In this document: one piece after another, positions 14,874 to 23,711 of the stretch
Layout of the letters: the number at the start of each line of letters is the position of its first letter
How positions within the stretch are numbered: the stretch's first letter is position 1
Source: Crassaminicella profunda
Lineage (GTDB): Bacteria; Bacillota; Clostridia; Peptostreptococcales; Thermotaleaceae
NCBI RefSeq assembly: GCF_019884785.1
Contig: NZ_CP082326.1
Span: 465,355 to 489,354, forward strand
Reading direction: 5' to 3'
Length of the DNA stretch: 24,000 nt
Position numbers and translations under genes: made by a program
The notes under the pieces: generated by a model
Told to the model about the DNA's origin: nothing
Seen by the model: the letters and a program-made list of their open reading frames with translations, nothing else
Database searches by the model: none

Positions 14874-16580
14874 ATGTTACTAGGAACAGGTGCTTCTGAA
14901 GGAATTGCACTAGGAAAAGCATTACTGATTAAAAATGGGTCATTAGACATAGTAAAGCAAGAAATTGAAGATATAGAAAAAGAGAAAAAGAAATTATTAG
15001 AGGCTATAGAAGCTTCCAAAGAGCAGTTATCAAAAGTAAAAGAAAAGACTTCAAATGAATTAGGGGTGGATAAAGGAGCTATTTTTGAAGCTCATTTAAT
15101 GATTTTAGATGATCCAGAGTTTATTCAAAATACTATGAATAAAATTGAAGAAGAAAAAGTAAATGCTGAATTTGCATTGAAGGAAATTTCTAATCAATTC
15201 ATTGGTATCTTTGAAAGTATGGACAATGAATACATGAGAGAAAGAGTAGCAGATATTAAAGATGTATCAGAGCGTATCCTTCGAAATATAGTAGGGCAAA
15301 AAAATATTGATTTATCCATGTTAGATGAAGAAGTTATTTTGATTGCAGAGGATTTAACACCTTCTGATACAGCAACGATGGACAAAGAAAAAGTATTGGG
15401 ATTTTTAACAAATATAGGTGGGCGTACATCACATACAGCTATTATGGCTAGGAATTTTGAAATTCCAGCAGTTGTTGGGCTTAAAAACATTACGAAAAAA
15501 GTAAAAACAGGAGATTTTATTGTACTAAATGGAGAAACTGGACAAGTAATAGTAAGTCCTACAGAAAAAGAGATAGAGCAATATCAAAGATTAAAAAAGC
15601 AGTATGAAGAAAATGAAAAAGAATTAGAAAAAATTATAGGAAAACAGAGTAGTACGATAGATGGTAGGAAAGTAGAGCTTGTTGGCAATATTGGGACACC
15701 AAAAGATATTGCAGGACTTAAGAAAAATGATGCAGAGGGAGTCGGTTTATATAGAACAGAATTTATTTATATGGATCGAGAGAGTATGCCGACAGAAGAA
15801 GAGCAATTTAGAGCATATAAAGAGGTACTTGTAAGCTTAAATCAAAAACCAGTTGTAATCAGAACTTTAGATATAGGTGGAGACAAAAAACTTCCCTATT
15901 TGAAAATTGATGAGGAAATGAATCCGTTTTTAGGATATAGAGCCATCAGACTTTGCTTAAATCAACAAGATATCTTTAAAACCCAGTTAAGAGCATTACT
16001 GCGAGCAAGTGTATATGGAAATTTAAAAATTATGTTTCCTATGATTTCAAGTCTCGAAGAACTTTTATTAGCAAAATCCATAGTACATGATGTCAAGATG
16101 GATTTAGACAATGAAGGAATAAAATATGCTCATCCTATAGAAGTGGGAATGATGATTGAAGTACCATCTGCAGCAATCATTAGTGATATTTTAGCAAAGC
16201 ATGTAGATTTCTTTAGTATTGGGACAAATGATTTAATCCAGTATATTACTGCAGTAGACAGGATGAATGAAAAAATCTGTCATCTGTATAGTCCATTTAA
16301 TCCTGCTGTTTTAAGACTCATTAAAACAGTTATTGAAAATGGGCATAAAGAAAACATTTGGGTGGGGATGTGCGGAGAAGCCGCAGCAGATAAAAGAATG
16401 ATTCCAATCTTGCTTGGAATGGGACTTGATGAATTTAGTATGAGTGCATCCTCTATTTTACTAGCAAGAAAACTAATTCGATCACTAAAGTTTGAGGATG
16501 CTCAAAAAATTTCTCAGAAAGTATTAAGTATGAGCACAGCAGAAGAAATAGAGAACTATATAAAAAATGTTATAAAATAA
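14874..16580 (+). CDS. ptsI: PTS enzyme I (phosphoenolpyruvate-protein phosphotransferase)
   Basis: RBS aaagggagg. Motifs: GGRTSHTAIMARNFEIPAVVG (phospho-His), GLYRTEF, IRTLDIGGDK, KIMFPMISS, SIGTNDLIQY, CGEAA. Confidence 0.95.
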   Translation: MLLGTGASEGIALGKALLIKNGSLDIVKQEIEDIEKEKKKLLEAIEASKEQLSKVKEKTSNELGVDKGAIFEAHLMILDDPEFIQNTMNKIEEEKVNAEFALKEISNQFIGIFESMDNEYMRERVADIKDVSERILRNIVGQKNIDLSMLDEEVILIAEDLTPSDTATMDKEKVLGFLTNIGGRTSHTAIMARNFEIPAVVGLKNITKKVKTGDFIVLNGETGQVIVSPTEKEIEQYQRLKKQYEENEKELEKIIGKQSSTIDGRKVELVGNIGTPKDIAGLKKNDAEGVGLYRTEFIYMDRESMPTEEEQFRAYKEVLVSLNQKPVVIRTLDIGGDKKLPYLKIDEEMNPFLGYRAIRLCLNQQDIFKTQLRALLRASVYGNLKIMFPMISSLEELLLAKSIVHDVKMDLDNEGIKYAHPIEVGMMIEVPSAAIISDILAKHVDFFSIGTNDLIQYITAVDRMNEKICHLYSPFNPAVLRLIKTVIENGHKENIWVGMCGEAAADKRMIPILLGMGLDEFSMSASSILLARKLIRSLKFEDAQKISQKVLSMSTAEEIENYIKNVIK

Positions 16581-16646
16581 TTGAAAAATCAAAATAGGAA
16601 GAAATAAGATAAGTATTGAATATAAAAGCTATGGGAGGTAATTCAT

Positions 16647-16910
16647 ATGGAAAAAAGAGTAGTAATAAAAAATGAAAGTGGCATACATGCAAGACCAGCA
16701 GGCATGCTTGTTAAAAAGTCTAATGAGTTTAAATCAAATATAGAAATATCTTTTAAAGAGAGAACCGTAAATGTTAAATCAATAATGGGGATTATGAGTT
16801 TAGGACTTTCTAAAGGAAGTGAAATAAGTATAATAGCAAATGGAGAAGATGAACAAAATGCAGTAAATGAGTTAGTTAACCTTGTGGAGAGCGGATTTAA
16901 TGAATTATAA
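16647..16910 (+). CDS. ptsH: Phosphocarrier protein HPr
   Basis: 87 aa, RBS gggagg. His15 context SGIHARPA and Ser46 context VNVKSIMGIMSLG. Confidence 0.95.
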   Translation: MEKRVVIKNESGIHARPAGMLVKKSNEFKSNIEISFKERTVNVKSIMGIMSLGLSKGSEISIIANGEDEQNAVNELVNLVESGFNEL

Positions 16911-17195
16911 ATCAACCTTAAAATTATACGTGTTAACTTAAAATATATTTATAAGTGATATAAGAACAGTTAAATTCATACGAAAATAGTTAAAAGCAGG
17001 GGTTATGAGGGATGGAGTAGTTGCTCAAAGTAAGTTAGGAAGTCTTCAAGGAGAAGAAATAGCACCATTGTTTGCAAATCTATTTGACTAATTAGGTGTT
17101 GAAAGTTATAAAAAACATATTTGTACTTCTTGGAAGACTTGGGTTTGAAGATTTGAGAGAAGTGCTAGAAAAGAAAATATAGAGGAGAATAAAAT

Positions 17196-18053
17196 ATGCT
17201 AGTAACTGGTAAAGAAATACTTCAGCATGCCCATGAAAATGGATATGCAGTTGGAGCATTTAACGTAAACAACATGGAAGCAGTACAAGCAATTATTGAA
17301 GCAGCAGAGGAAACAAAATCACCTGTAATCATTCAAGCAAGTCAAGGTGGACTTAAATACGCAGGAGTAGAATATATTGCTGGAATGGGGAAAATTGCAG
17401 CAGAAAAGACTTCGGTTCCTGTTGCTATTCATTTAGATCATGGCACTGATTTTAAACAAATCATGCTATGTATTCGTAATGGATTTACTTCTGTTATGAT
17501 TGATGGGTCTCACCATCCATTAGAAGAAAATATAAATAAGACAAAGCAAATTGTAGAAATGGCTCATGCAGTAGGTGTATCTGTTGAAGCAGAACTTGGA
17601 AAAATCGGTGGAACAGAAGATGATATATCTGTAGATGAAAAGGATGCTACTTATACAGATCCAGATGAAGCCGTTCGTTTTGTAAAAGAGACGGGTGTAG
17701 ACTCGTTAGCTATTGCAGTAGGAACAGCCCATGGACCTTATAAGGGAGAGCCAAAGCTTGATTTTGATAGAATTAAAGTAATAAAAGAAAGACTAAATAT
17801 GCCTATCGTACTTCATGGTTCATCTGGTGTACCAGAAGAAAGCATTAAACGCGCAGTTAGTCTTGGAATTAACAAAATCAATATTGATACGGACATAAGA
17901 ATGGCATTTCATAAGGCAGTAAAAGAATTTGTACAAACGAATCCTGATGTTTATGATCCAAGAAAAATCGTAGGACCAGCAAGAGTAGCAATGAAGGAAA
18001 TCATTGCAGAAAAAATGAGAATGTTCGGTGCAGCAGGTACAGCTTGGAGATAG
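17196..18053 (+). CDS. fba: Class II fructose-1,6-bisphosphate aldolase
   Basis: RBS agaggaga. Motifs: AFNVNN, HLDHG, VMIDGS, VEAELG, GTAHG, VLHGSSG. Confidence 0.93.
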   Translation: MLVTGKEILQHAHENGYAVGAFNVNNMEAVQAIIEAAEETKSPVIIQASQGGLKYAGVEYIAGMGKIAAEKTSVPVAIHLDHGTDFKQIMLCIRNGFTSVMIDGSHHPLEENINKTKQIVEMAHAVGVSVEAELGKIGGTEDDISVDEKDATYTDPDEAVRFVKETGVDSLAIAVGTAHGPYKGEPKLDFDRIKVIKERLNMPIVLHGSSGVPEESIKRAVSLGINKINIDTDIRMAFHKAVKEFVQTNPDVYDPRKIVGPARVAMKEIIAEKMRMFGAAGTAWR

Positions 18054-18066
18054 GAGGGGAGATACT

Positions 18067-19029
18067 TTGAAAACCATAGGTGTATTAACCAGTGGAGGAG
18101 ATGCTCCCGGAATGAATGCTGCCATAAGAGCTGTGGTTCGAGCAGGAATATATAATGATATGAAAGTAATGGGCATTGATCAAGGATATAATGGACTGAT
18201 CAATGGAAACATTAAAGAGATGAAGCTATCTTCAGTTGCAGATATTATTCACAGAGGAGGAACTGTTTTAAAAACAGCAAGATGTGAAGAATTCAGAACA
18301 GAAGAAGGAAGAAAAAAAGCATTAAATGTTCTAAAAGTTTTTGGTATAGAAGGACTTGTAGTCATCGGTGGAGATGGTTCCTTCACAGGTGCACAAAAAC
18401 TTAGTGAAGCAGGAATCAAAACCATTGGAATTCCTGGAACCATAGATAATGATTTAGCCTATACAGACTATACTATCGGTTTTGATACAGCAGTAAATAC
18501 AGTAGTAGATGCTATTACAAAAATAAGAGACACATCTACCTCTCATGGAAGAGCCAATATCGTTGAAGTAATGGGAAGACATTGTGGAGATATTACCCTT
18601 TATGCAGGTCTTGCAGGAGGAGCTGAAAGTGTTATTGTGCCAGAAGAACAATTTTCTATGGATGATGTATGTAGAAAATTGATTCAAGGAAGAAGCAGAG
18701 GAAAGCTTCATAGTATTATCATGCTTGCAGAGGGAATCGGTGGAAATGCCTTTGAACTCGGAAAAGAAATAGAAGAAGTAACAGGAATAGAAACAAAGGT
18801 TACAGTCCTTGGACATATTCAAAGGGGAGGAAGTCCTTCGTCCTTTGATAGAATCCTTGCAAGTAAAATGGGTGCTAAAGCAATAGAACTTATTATGAAT
18901 GATGAATCTGGAAGAGTCGTAGGAATGAAGGAGAATAAAATCATGCATATGGATATTCATGAAGCATTGAGCGTTGAAAGAGTATTTGATGAAGAAATGT
19001 ATGAATTGACAAAGATTCTTTCTATCTAA
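18067..19029 (+). CDS. pfkA: ATP-dependent 6-phosphofructokinase
   Basis: TTG at 18067 behind aggagggga gives the canonical N-terminus (M)[20 protein letters not shown] and about 320 aa. The track ORF start at 18028 overlaps fba. Motifs: [27 protein letters not shown]. Confidence 0.93.
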   Translation: MKTIGVLTSGGDAPGMNAAIRAVVRAGIYNDMKVMGIDQGYNGLINGNIKEMKLSSVADIIHRGGTVLKTARCEEFRTEEGRKKALNVLKVFGIEGLVVIGGDGSFTGAQKLSEAGIKTIGIPGTIDNDLAYTDYTIGFDTAVNTVVDAITKIRDTSTSHGRANIVEVMGRHCGDITLYAGLAGGAESVIVPEEQFSMDDVCRKLIQGRSRGKLHSIIMLAEGIGGNAFELGKEIEEVTGIETKVTVLGHIQRGGSPSSFDRILASKMGAKAIELIMNDESGRVVGMKENKIMHMDIHEALSVERVFDEEMYELTKILSI

Positions 19030-19039
19030 AATAAAATTT

Positions 19040-19069
19040 GAGCATGGTCATTAGACTATGCTCTTTTTT
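19040..19069 (+). terminator. Rho-independent terminator after pfkA
   Basis: 10-bp stem gagcatggtc/gactatgctc (one G-U pair), loop atta, followed by tttttt. Confidence 0.8.
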
Positions 19070-19143
19070 ATGGAAAATTTTAAAAATATGATCACATCAA
19101 TCGGGTAATAGGAATTTTTATTTGATGATTAAAAAGATAATTA

Positions 19144-19330
19144 AAAATTATGTTTCCAATGATTTCTTCTATCTGTTTGCAATATGATCAACGGATTTGA
19201 TTTGTTTGTTTAAGAAGTACACTAAAGTCAGACAAATTTTTTACTTGTAAAAACTTCGATAAGTGAATTTGCACTAAGATTAGAAAAGGAAAATATCCCA
19301 ATAAGCAATTTATCAATGAATTGCTTGAAT
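19144..19330 (+). pseudogene. Possible decayed ptsI-like fragment
   Basis: 19144-19170 encodes KIMFPMISS, identical to PtsI residues encoded at about 16025-16054. About 24 of 30 nt match. A shifted downstream frame reads SEFALRLEKENIPISN, vaguely like the following PtsI region. Broken by stops and frameshifts. Confidence 0.3.
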
Positions 19331-19431
19331 GGATATTTTAGAATTTCTATTGAAAATCATGAAGAAAACAGTTGTTTAATCAATGCTATAAAGAAAATGA
19401 TTTGAAGATTATTAAAATTAGAAGAAAAAAG

Positions 19432-19676
19432 ATAGAAGTACTTATTACCACAGAAAGATTAAATATTTGTTTAGCCCAAGAGGAAGATATTCCTATTATC
19501 ATGCAAATAGAGAATGATAAGGAAAATAAAAGCTTTATTTGGCAAGGGTGCTATGAAGAACATTTAGATGAGATCAATAGTAATGATTCAATCTTATAAA
19601 GATGAAAGAGGATATTTGGATCAAATGATTTTTTCTATGTTGAAAGAAGAGTATTCTGCCAAGTAAAAATCATGAA
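19432..19676 (+). pseudogene. Truncated, frameshifted duplicate of the GNAT gene at 847-1353
   Basis: ATG is mutated to ATA (19432). The first ~150 nt are about 86% identical to 847-995. An internal deletion of ~272 nt (junction near 19580/19581) shifts the frame to a stop at 19597-19599. The last ~95 nt are about 97% identical to 1274-1365. Confidence 0.8.
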
Positions 19677-19716
19677 AATATATCAAATTAGGAAGTATAT
19701 TCACAAATTTCATTGT

Positions 19717-19938
19717 TGGAACTGTTACAGATATGGGGGATAATTCTTTTTTCACAGTTCATTAATAATGAACTGTCCATAGGAACACGTATAATGATTA
19801 CGGTTATAGGTTGTCATATTATTGCAGAAAAAACAAAGTTTGAATTTCGGTAGGTACGTGTAGCTTATGATACGACTATTGTTTTAATAGGAATATTATT
19901 AGATGGTGTGTTTGGAATAGGTAAATGAGTAGAATCAA
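19717..19938 (+). pseudogene. Possible remnant of a YczE-like membrane protein C-terminus
   Basis: The frame reads ...ELSIGTRIMITVIGCHIIAEKTKFEFR*VRVAYDTTIVLIGILLDGVFGIGK* with an in-frame stop at 19861. This resembles the GAGPRD..M.A...K.....VR...E..VL..G.LLGG..GIG pattern. No start codon or N-terminal part. Confidence 0.25.
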
Positions 19939-20007
19939 AATAAAAACAAGTATGAAAATAAGACAATGAGATTTTAGAATTAAAAAACATACTCATGTAA
20001 AGTCAAT

Positions 20008-20036
20008 TTGACAAAAAAGTAAAATATTGTTATATT
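20008..20036 (+). promoter_or_regulatory. Near-consensus sigmaA promoter for the xre-def pair
   Basis: TTGACA (20008-20013), 17-nt spacer, TATATT (20031-20036), 37 nt upstream of the XRE start codon. Confidence 0.6.
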
Positions 20037-20041
20037 TACAA

Positions 20042-20059
20042 TGTAAGGTTAACATTACA
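20042..20059. promoter_or_regulatory. 18-bp near-palindrome (TGTAAgGTTAACaTTACA), candidate operator for the XRE regulator
   Basis: 16 of 18 positions are symmetric around GTTAAC. It lies immediately downstream of the -10. An additional TTACAaTGTAA palindrome at 20036-20046 overlaps it. Confidence 0.4.
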
Positions 20060-20072
20060 GGAGTGATTATCT

Positions 20073-20330
20073 ATGAAAAATAAATTGAAACAATTACGGG
20101 AGTCTCTTGGTTTAACGCAAGAGCAATTAGGAGAACTTGTAGGGGTATCAAGACAAGCAATTAATTCTATTGAAAAAGAAAAGTTTGAGCCGTCTATATG
20201 GTTGGCTTATGATATTAGTAAGGTATTTCATCGTTCCATAGAAGAGGTTTTTCTTTTTGAAGAAAGTGAAAGAAAATCGAGAGCACAAAAAAGTAGAGGG
20301 GGGAATGTAAATGGCATTAAGACAAATTAG
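20073..20330 (+). CDS. XRE-family (Cro/CI-type HTH) transcriptional regulator
   Basis: LKQLRESLGLTQEQLGELVGVSRQAINSIEKEKFEPSIWLAYDISKVF is a classic HTH_3 pattern. RBS caggag. Confidence 0.85.
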   Translation: MKNKLKQLRESLGLTQEQLGELVGVSRQAINSIEKEKFEPSIWLAYDISKVFHRSIEEVFLFEESERKSRAQKSRGGNVNGIKTN

Positions 20331-20760
20331 AATTTTGGGTGATGAGGTATTGAGAAAGAAGAGTAAAACAGTCGAAGTCGTAGATGATAAAATAAGACAA
20401 ATCTTAGGTGATATGGTAGATACCATGTATAATACAGAAAATGGCGGAGGACTAGCGGCGCCACAAGTAGGTATATTGAAGCGATTGGTTGTAATAGATA
20501 TGGGGCAAGGACTTATAAAATTAGTTAATCCAAAGATTATTAAAAAGGAAGGAACGCAAGAAGTTATAGAGGGGTGTTTAAGTATTCCCAATACATGGGG
20601 AAAGCTAAAAAGACCTGCAAAGGTAACTATACAAGCATTAAATGAAAACGGAGAGGAAATTACATTGACAGGTAAAGGCGATTTAGCAAAATGCTTTTGT
20701 CATGAAATAGATCATTTAGAAGGAATTCTTTTTACAGATTTAGTTACTGAATATATATAA
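20311..20760 (+). CDS. def: Peptide deformylase
   Basis: Motifs: GGGLAAPQVG, EGCLSIP, HEIDHLEG. Overlaps the XRE gene by 20 nt. Confidence 0.95.
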   Translation: MALRQIRILGDEVLRKKSKTVEVVDDKIRQILGDMVDTMYNTENGGGLAAPQVGILKRLVVIDMGQGLIKLVNPKIIKKEGTQEVIEGCLSIPNTWGKLKRPAKVTIQALNENGEEITLTGKGDLAKCFCHEIDHLEGILFTDLVTEYI

Positions 20761-20872
20761 TCATATTGTTTAATCTTTTCTATTTGTGGTATATATAGGA
20801 TTGTAAGAGGAAATATTGAAAAAATGTAGAATACAAATAGAATAAAAATATATAAACAATGGAGGAGATTAT

Positions 20873-21364
20873 ATGTCAAATAAAACTTTAGAAAATTTAA
20901 TGGCTGCATTTGCAGGAGAGTCACAAGCAAATCGTAAATATTTAGCTTATGCAAAAAAAGCAGAAGCAGAAGGAAATAAAAATGCTGCAAAATTATTTAG
21001 AGCTGCTGCTGATGCAGAAACATTGCATGCCCATAAACATTTTGAAGTAGCTGGAAAAGTTAAATCTACAAAAGAAAATTTAGAGGATGCAGTAAATGGA
21101 GAAACTCATGAATACAAAGAAATGTATCCAGAATTTTTAGAAGTAGCAAAAGAAGAAGGAAACAAGGAAGCAATCAAAACTTTTAACTTTGCATTAAAAG
21201 CAGAAGAGGTGCATGCACAGCTTTATAAAGAAGCTCTAGAAAATGTAGATAGTCAAGAAGAAGTAACTTATTACCTATGCCCAGTCTGTGGAAATATTGA
21301 AAAGGGTATACCAGGTAAATGCTTTATTTGTGGTGTACCTGGAGAAAAATTCATCAAATATTAA
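20873..21364 (+). CDS. rbr: Rubrerythrin
   Basis: Ferritin-like diiron domain (AGESQANRKY, ExxH motifs AETLH and EEVHA) plus a C-terminal rubredoxin-like CPVCG...CFICG. RBS ggaggag. Confidence 0.9.
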   Translation: MSNKTLENLMAAFAGESQANRKYLAYAKKAEAEGNKNAAKLFRAAADAETLHAHKHFEVAGKVKSTKENLEDAVNGETHEYKEMYPEFLEVAKEEGNKEAIKTFNFALKAEEVHAQLYKEALENVDSQEEVTYYLCPVCGNIEKGIPGKCFICGVPGEKFIKY

Positions 21365-21386
21365 AAAGTTTATTAGGTAGAATACC

Positions 21387-21427
21387 AACAGGATTGATAG
21401 CTTTATTGCGTGATCAATCCTGTTTTT
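21387..21427 (+). terminator. Rho-independent terminator after rbr
   Basis: Perfect 12-bp stem aacaggattgat/atcaatcctgtt running into a T tract. Confidence 0.8.
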
Positions 21428-21633
21428 GTGTTAAAGTCTTTTCAACATAAAATTTCAAGAAATGACGAGAAAAGGATTAAAATAGGGGTAATTGAAAATA
21501 TAGTTATTATTTTAACAGATTAACTGGATAATGAAGGTTGATATTTCCATTTACTGTGATAAACTATAAAGTGTGGAATGGGATGTATCTTGTATACATT
21601 ACGTTCAATATATTCTATAAGGAGGCGACTCAA

Positions 21634-22980
21634 ATGTTTAAACGTATTACAAAACTATTTGTAAGTCTTGTGCAAAAGTATTTACCAGATCCATTTTTGT
21701 TTGCTGTTATTTTAACATTAGTAGTTTTAGGACTTGGTATGGTAACAACTGGACAAGGATTAGTAGACATGGTCATGCATTGGAGCGGTGGATTTTGGAA
21801 ACTACTCGCATTCTCTATGCAAATGGCTTTAGTTCTTGTTACAGGACATACTTTAGCAAATGCGCCAATTATTAAAAAGGGTCTTAACAGATTAGCAAAA
21901 ATCGCAAAGACACCTACACAAGCAATTTTAGCAGTTACTTTTGTTTCTACTATTGCATGCTGGATTAACTGGGGATTTGGACTAGTTATTGGTGCTCTTT
22001 ATGCAAGACAGCTAGCAAAAGAGGTAAAAGGGGTAGACTACAGATTACTTATCGCTTCAGCTTATTCAGGATTCGTAGTATGGCACGCAGGTATTTCAGG
22101 ATCTATTCCACTAAAATTAGCTACAGCTGGAGAAGGATTAGCAATCGCTACAAATGGAGCTGTGGTAGATCCAATTTCAACAAGTGCAACTATTTTTTCA
22201 ACATTTAACCTAATTATATGCGGAATTATATTAATTACTATGCCATTATTAAATAAAGCTATGCATCCAAAAGCAGATGAAGTAATTGTAGTAGATGCAA
22301 GGCTTTTAGAAGATGAAGAAGCAGCTGCAAAAGTTGAAAATCCAACACCAGCTGATAAAATGGAAAACAGTCCAATTCTATCTATTCTTATTGGAGCAAT
22401 GGGCTTAATATTTGTTTTCTACTATTTTGCAGAAAATGGATTCAAATTAAATTTAAATATTGTTAACTTTATGTTCTTATTTGCAGGAATTCTTTTACAT
22501 GGTACTCCTAGAAGATTCCTTGATGCTATCAATGGTGCTGCAAAAGGAACAGCAGGAATTATCCTACAATTTCCATTTTATGCAGGGATTATGGGGATGA
22601 TGACAGGTGCTAATGCGGCAGGAGTATCTTTTGCAGGCGTAATTTCTGAGTGGTTTGTAAATATTTCAACAGCAACAACTTTCCCACTATTTACTTTCTT
22701 AAGTGCAGGGATTGTTAACTTCTTTGTACCATCAGGTGGTGGACAATGGGCTGTTCAAGCACCTATTATGATGCCAGCAGGAAAGGCACTAGGTGTTAGT
22801 GCAGCTAAAACAGGTATGGCTATTGCATGGGGAGATGCTTGGACAAATATGATTCAACCATTCTGGGCATTACCAGCATTAGGAATCGCTGGTCTTGGTG
22901 CAAGAGATATTATGGGATTCTGTATTATAGACTTACTATATACAGGGGTCATTGTTGCACTAGGTTTAATGTTCTTATAA
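21634..22980 (+). CDS. atoE: Short-chain fatty acid transporter (AtoE family)
   Basis: ATG at 21634 behind aaggagg; the track start at 21538 is rejected. 448-aa polytopic protein. N-terminal MFKRITKLFVSLVQKYLPDPFLFAVILT and PSGGGQWAVQAPIM are typical of AtoE. Confidence 0.85.
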   Translation: MFKRITKLFVSLVQKYLPDPFLFAVILTLVVLGLGMVTTGQGLVDMVMHWSGGFWKLLAFSMQMALVLVTGHTLANAPIIKKGLNRLAKIAKTPTQAILAVTFVSTIACWINWGFGLVIGALYARQLAKEVKGVDYRLLIASAYSGFVVWHAGISGSIPLKLATAGEGLAIATNGAVVDPISTSATIFSTFNLIICGIILITMPLLNKAMHPKADEVIVVDARLLEDEEAAAKVENPTPADKMENSPILSILIGAMGLIFVFYYFAENGFKLNLNIVNFMFLFAGILLHGTPRRFLDAINGAAKGTAGIILQFPFYAGIMGMMTGANAAGVSFAGVISEWFVNISTATTFPLFTFLSAGIVNFFVPSGGGQWAVQAPIMMPAGKALGVSAAKTGMAIAWGDAWTNMIQPFWALPALGIAGLGARDIMGFCIIDLLYTGVIVALGLMFL

Positions 22981-22989
22981 AAAGTTATC

Positions 22990-23021
22990 TATGAAAGTCC
23001 ATTGAATAATGGACTTTCATA
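22990..23021. other. Perfect 14-bp stem / 4-nt loop hairpin between atoE and the CoA-transferase genes (no T tract)
   Basis: tatgaaagtccatt-gaat-aatggactttcata. The downstream sequence is A-rich, so this is not a canonical + strand terminator. Confidence 0.5.
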
Positions 23022-23057
23022 AAGATATAAAGCTTTAATATTATGGAGGTGTTTGTT

Positions 23058-23708
23058 TTGAGGAATAAGGTAGTAACAATTGAAGAAGCTATGAGTCACA
23101 TCAAAGATGGTATGACAATCATGATTGGTGGTTTCATGGCTGCTGGTACACCAGAAAAATTCATGGATGTATTAGTTGAAAAAGGATTAAAAGATCTAAC
23201 AATCATTGGAAATGATGCAGCATGGCCTAATGTAGGAATTGGTAAATTAGTTTGCAATAAACAAGTAAAAAAACTAATTGCATCTCATGTTGGATTAAAT
23301 CCTGAAGTTGGAAATCAAATGAATTCAGGGGAGTTAGATGTAGAATTAGTACCACAAGGAACACTTGCTGAAAGAGTAAGAGCAGGTGGAAATGGACTTG
23401 GTGGAATTTTAACACCAACAGGAGTTGGAACAATCGTAGAAGAAGGAAAAGAAAAAATTACAGTAGATGGTAAAGAGTATCTTTTAGAAAAGCCATTAAG
23501 AGCTGATATTGCTCTAGTAGGTGCCTCTGTTGCAGATAAAAAGGGTAACCTTTGTTTCAATAAAGCAACTAGAAACTTCAATCCAATGATGGCAACTGCT
23601 GCTGATTTAGTAATTGTAGGAGCAGAAAAAATTGTTGAAGTTGGAGAAATAGATGGAAATGATGTAGTGACACCTGGACTTTTCGTAGACTACATGGTGG
23701 AGGTGTAA
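23058..23708 (+). CDS. atoD: 3-oxoacid/acetate CoA-transferase subunit A
   Basis: TTG at 23058, 7 nt after GGAGG; the ATG at 23043 sits upstream of or inside the RBS. Motifs: IMIGGFMAAGTP, NDAAWPNVGIGKL, VELVPQGTLAERVRAGG. Confidence 0.9.
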   Translation: MRNKVVTIEEAMSHIKDGMTIMIGGFMAAGTPEKFMDVLVEKGLKDLTIIGNDAAWPNVGIGKLVCNKQVKKLIASHVGLNPEVGNQMNSGELDVELVPQGTLAERVRAGGNGLGGILTPTGVGTIVEEGKEKITVDGKEYLLEKPLRADIALVGASVADKKGNLCFNKATRNFNPMMATAADLVIVGAEKIVEVGEIDGNDVVTPGLFVDYMVEV

Positions 23709-23711
23709 GAT

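Noticed and set aside
17005-17091. 28-codon ORF (MRDGVVAQSKLGSLQGEEIAPLFANLFD) and 8-bp long-range complementarity (17040-17047 with 17133-17140) in the ptsH-fba spacer
   Set aside because: The ORF has no properly spaced RBS and no recognisable family. An 8-bp complementarity over 285 nt is within chance expectation.
1900-17195. CcpA cre sites near the promoters of nagA, EIIA-1, EIIA-2, ptsI and fba
   Set aside because: Only partial matches to TGWAANCGNTNWCA were seen by eye (e.g. TGTAAGCAATGGGG at 4030-4043, with three mismatches at key positions). A matrix scan is needed before calling any.
20816-20843. Candidate rbr promoter TTGAAA-16 nt-TAGAAT, tandem TAGAATA repeats, and a possible PerR box
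   Set aside because: The spacing is suboptimal and several alternative -10 boxes exist in this AT-rich stretch. No match to the PerR/Fur-like 7-1-7 palindrome was seen.
3109-21633. N-terminal extensions suggested by the ORF track for nagB (3109), EIIB-1 (4646), M42-B (9235), EIIB-2 (11750), pfkA (18028), atoE (21538)
   Set aside because: The extensions overlap upstream genes or lack an RBS. Internal starts have good Shine-Dalgarno sequences and give the canonical family N-termini.
160-23581. All minus-strand ORFs in the track (e.g. 160-444, 2276-2542, 15194-15490, 16643-16915, 17820-18176, 18454-18960, 20148-20591, 23315-23581)
   Set aside because: Each lies antisense within a + strand gene that has strong family motifs. 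Their products are low-complexity, Ser/Phe/Ile-rich sequences typical of antisense frames in AT-rich DNA. None has a convincing RBS.
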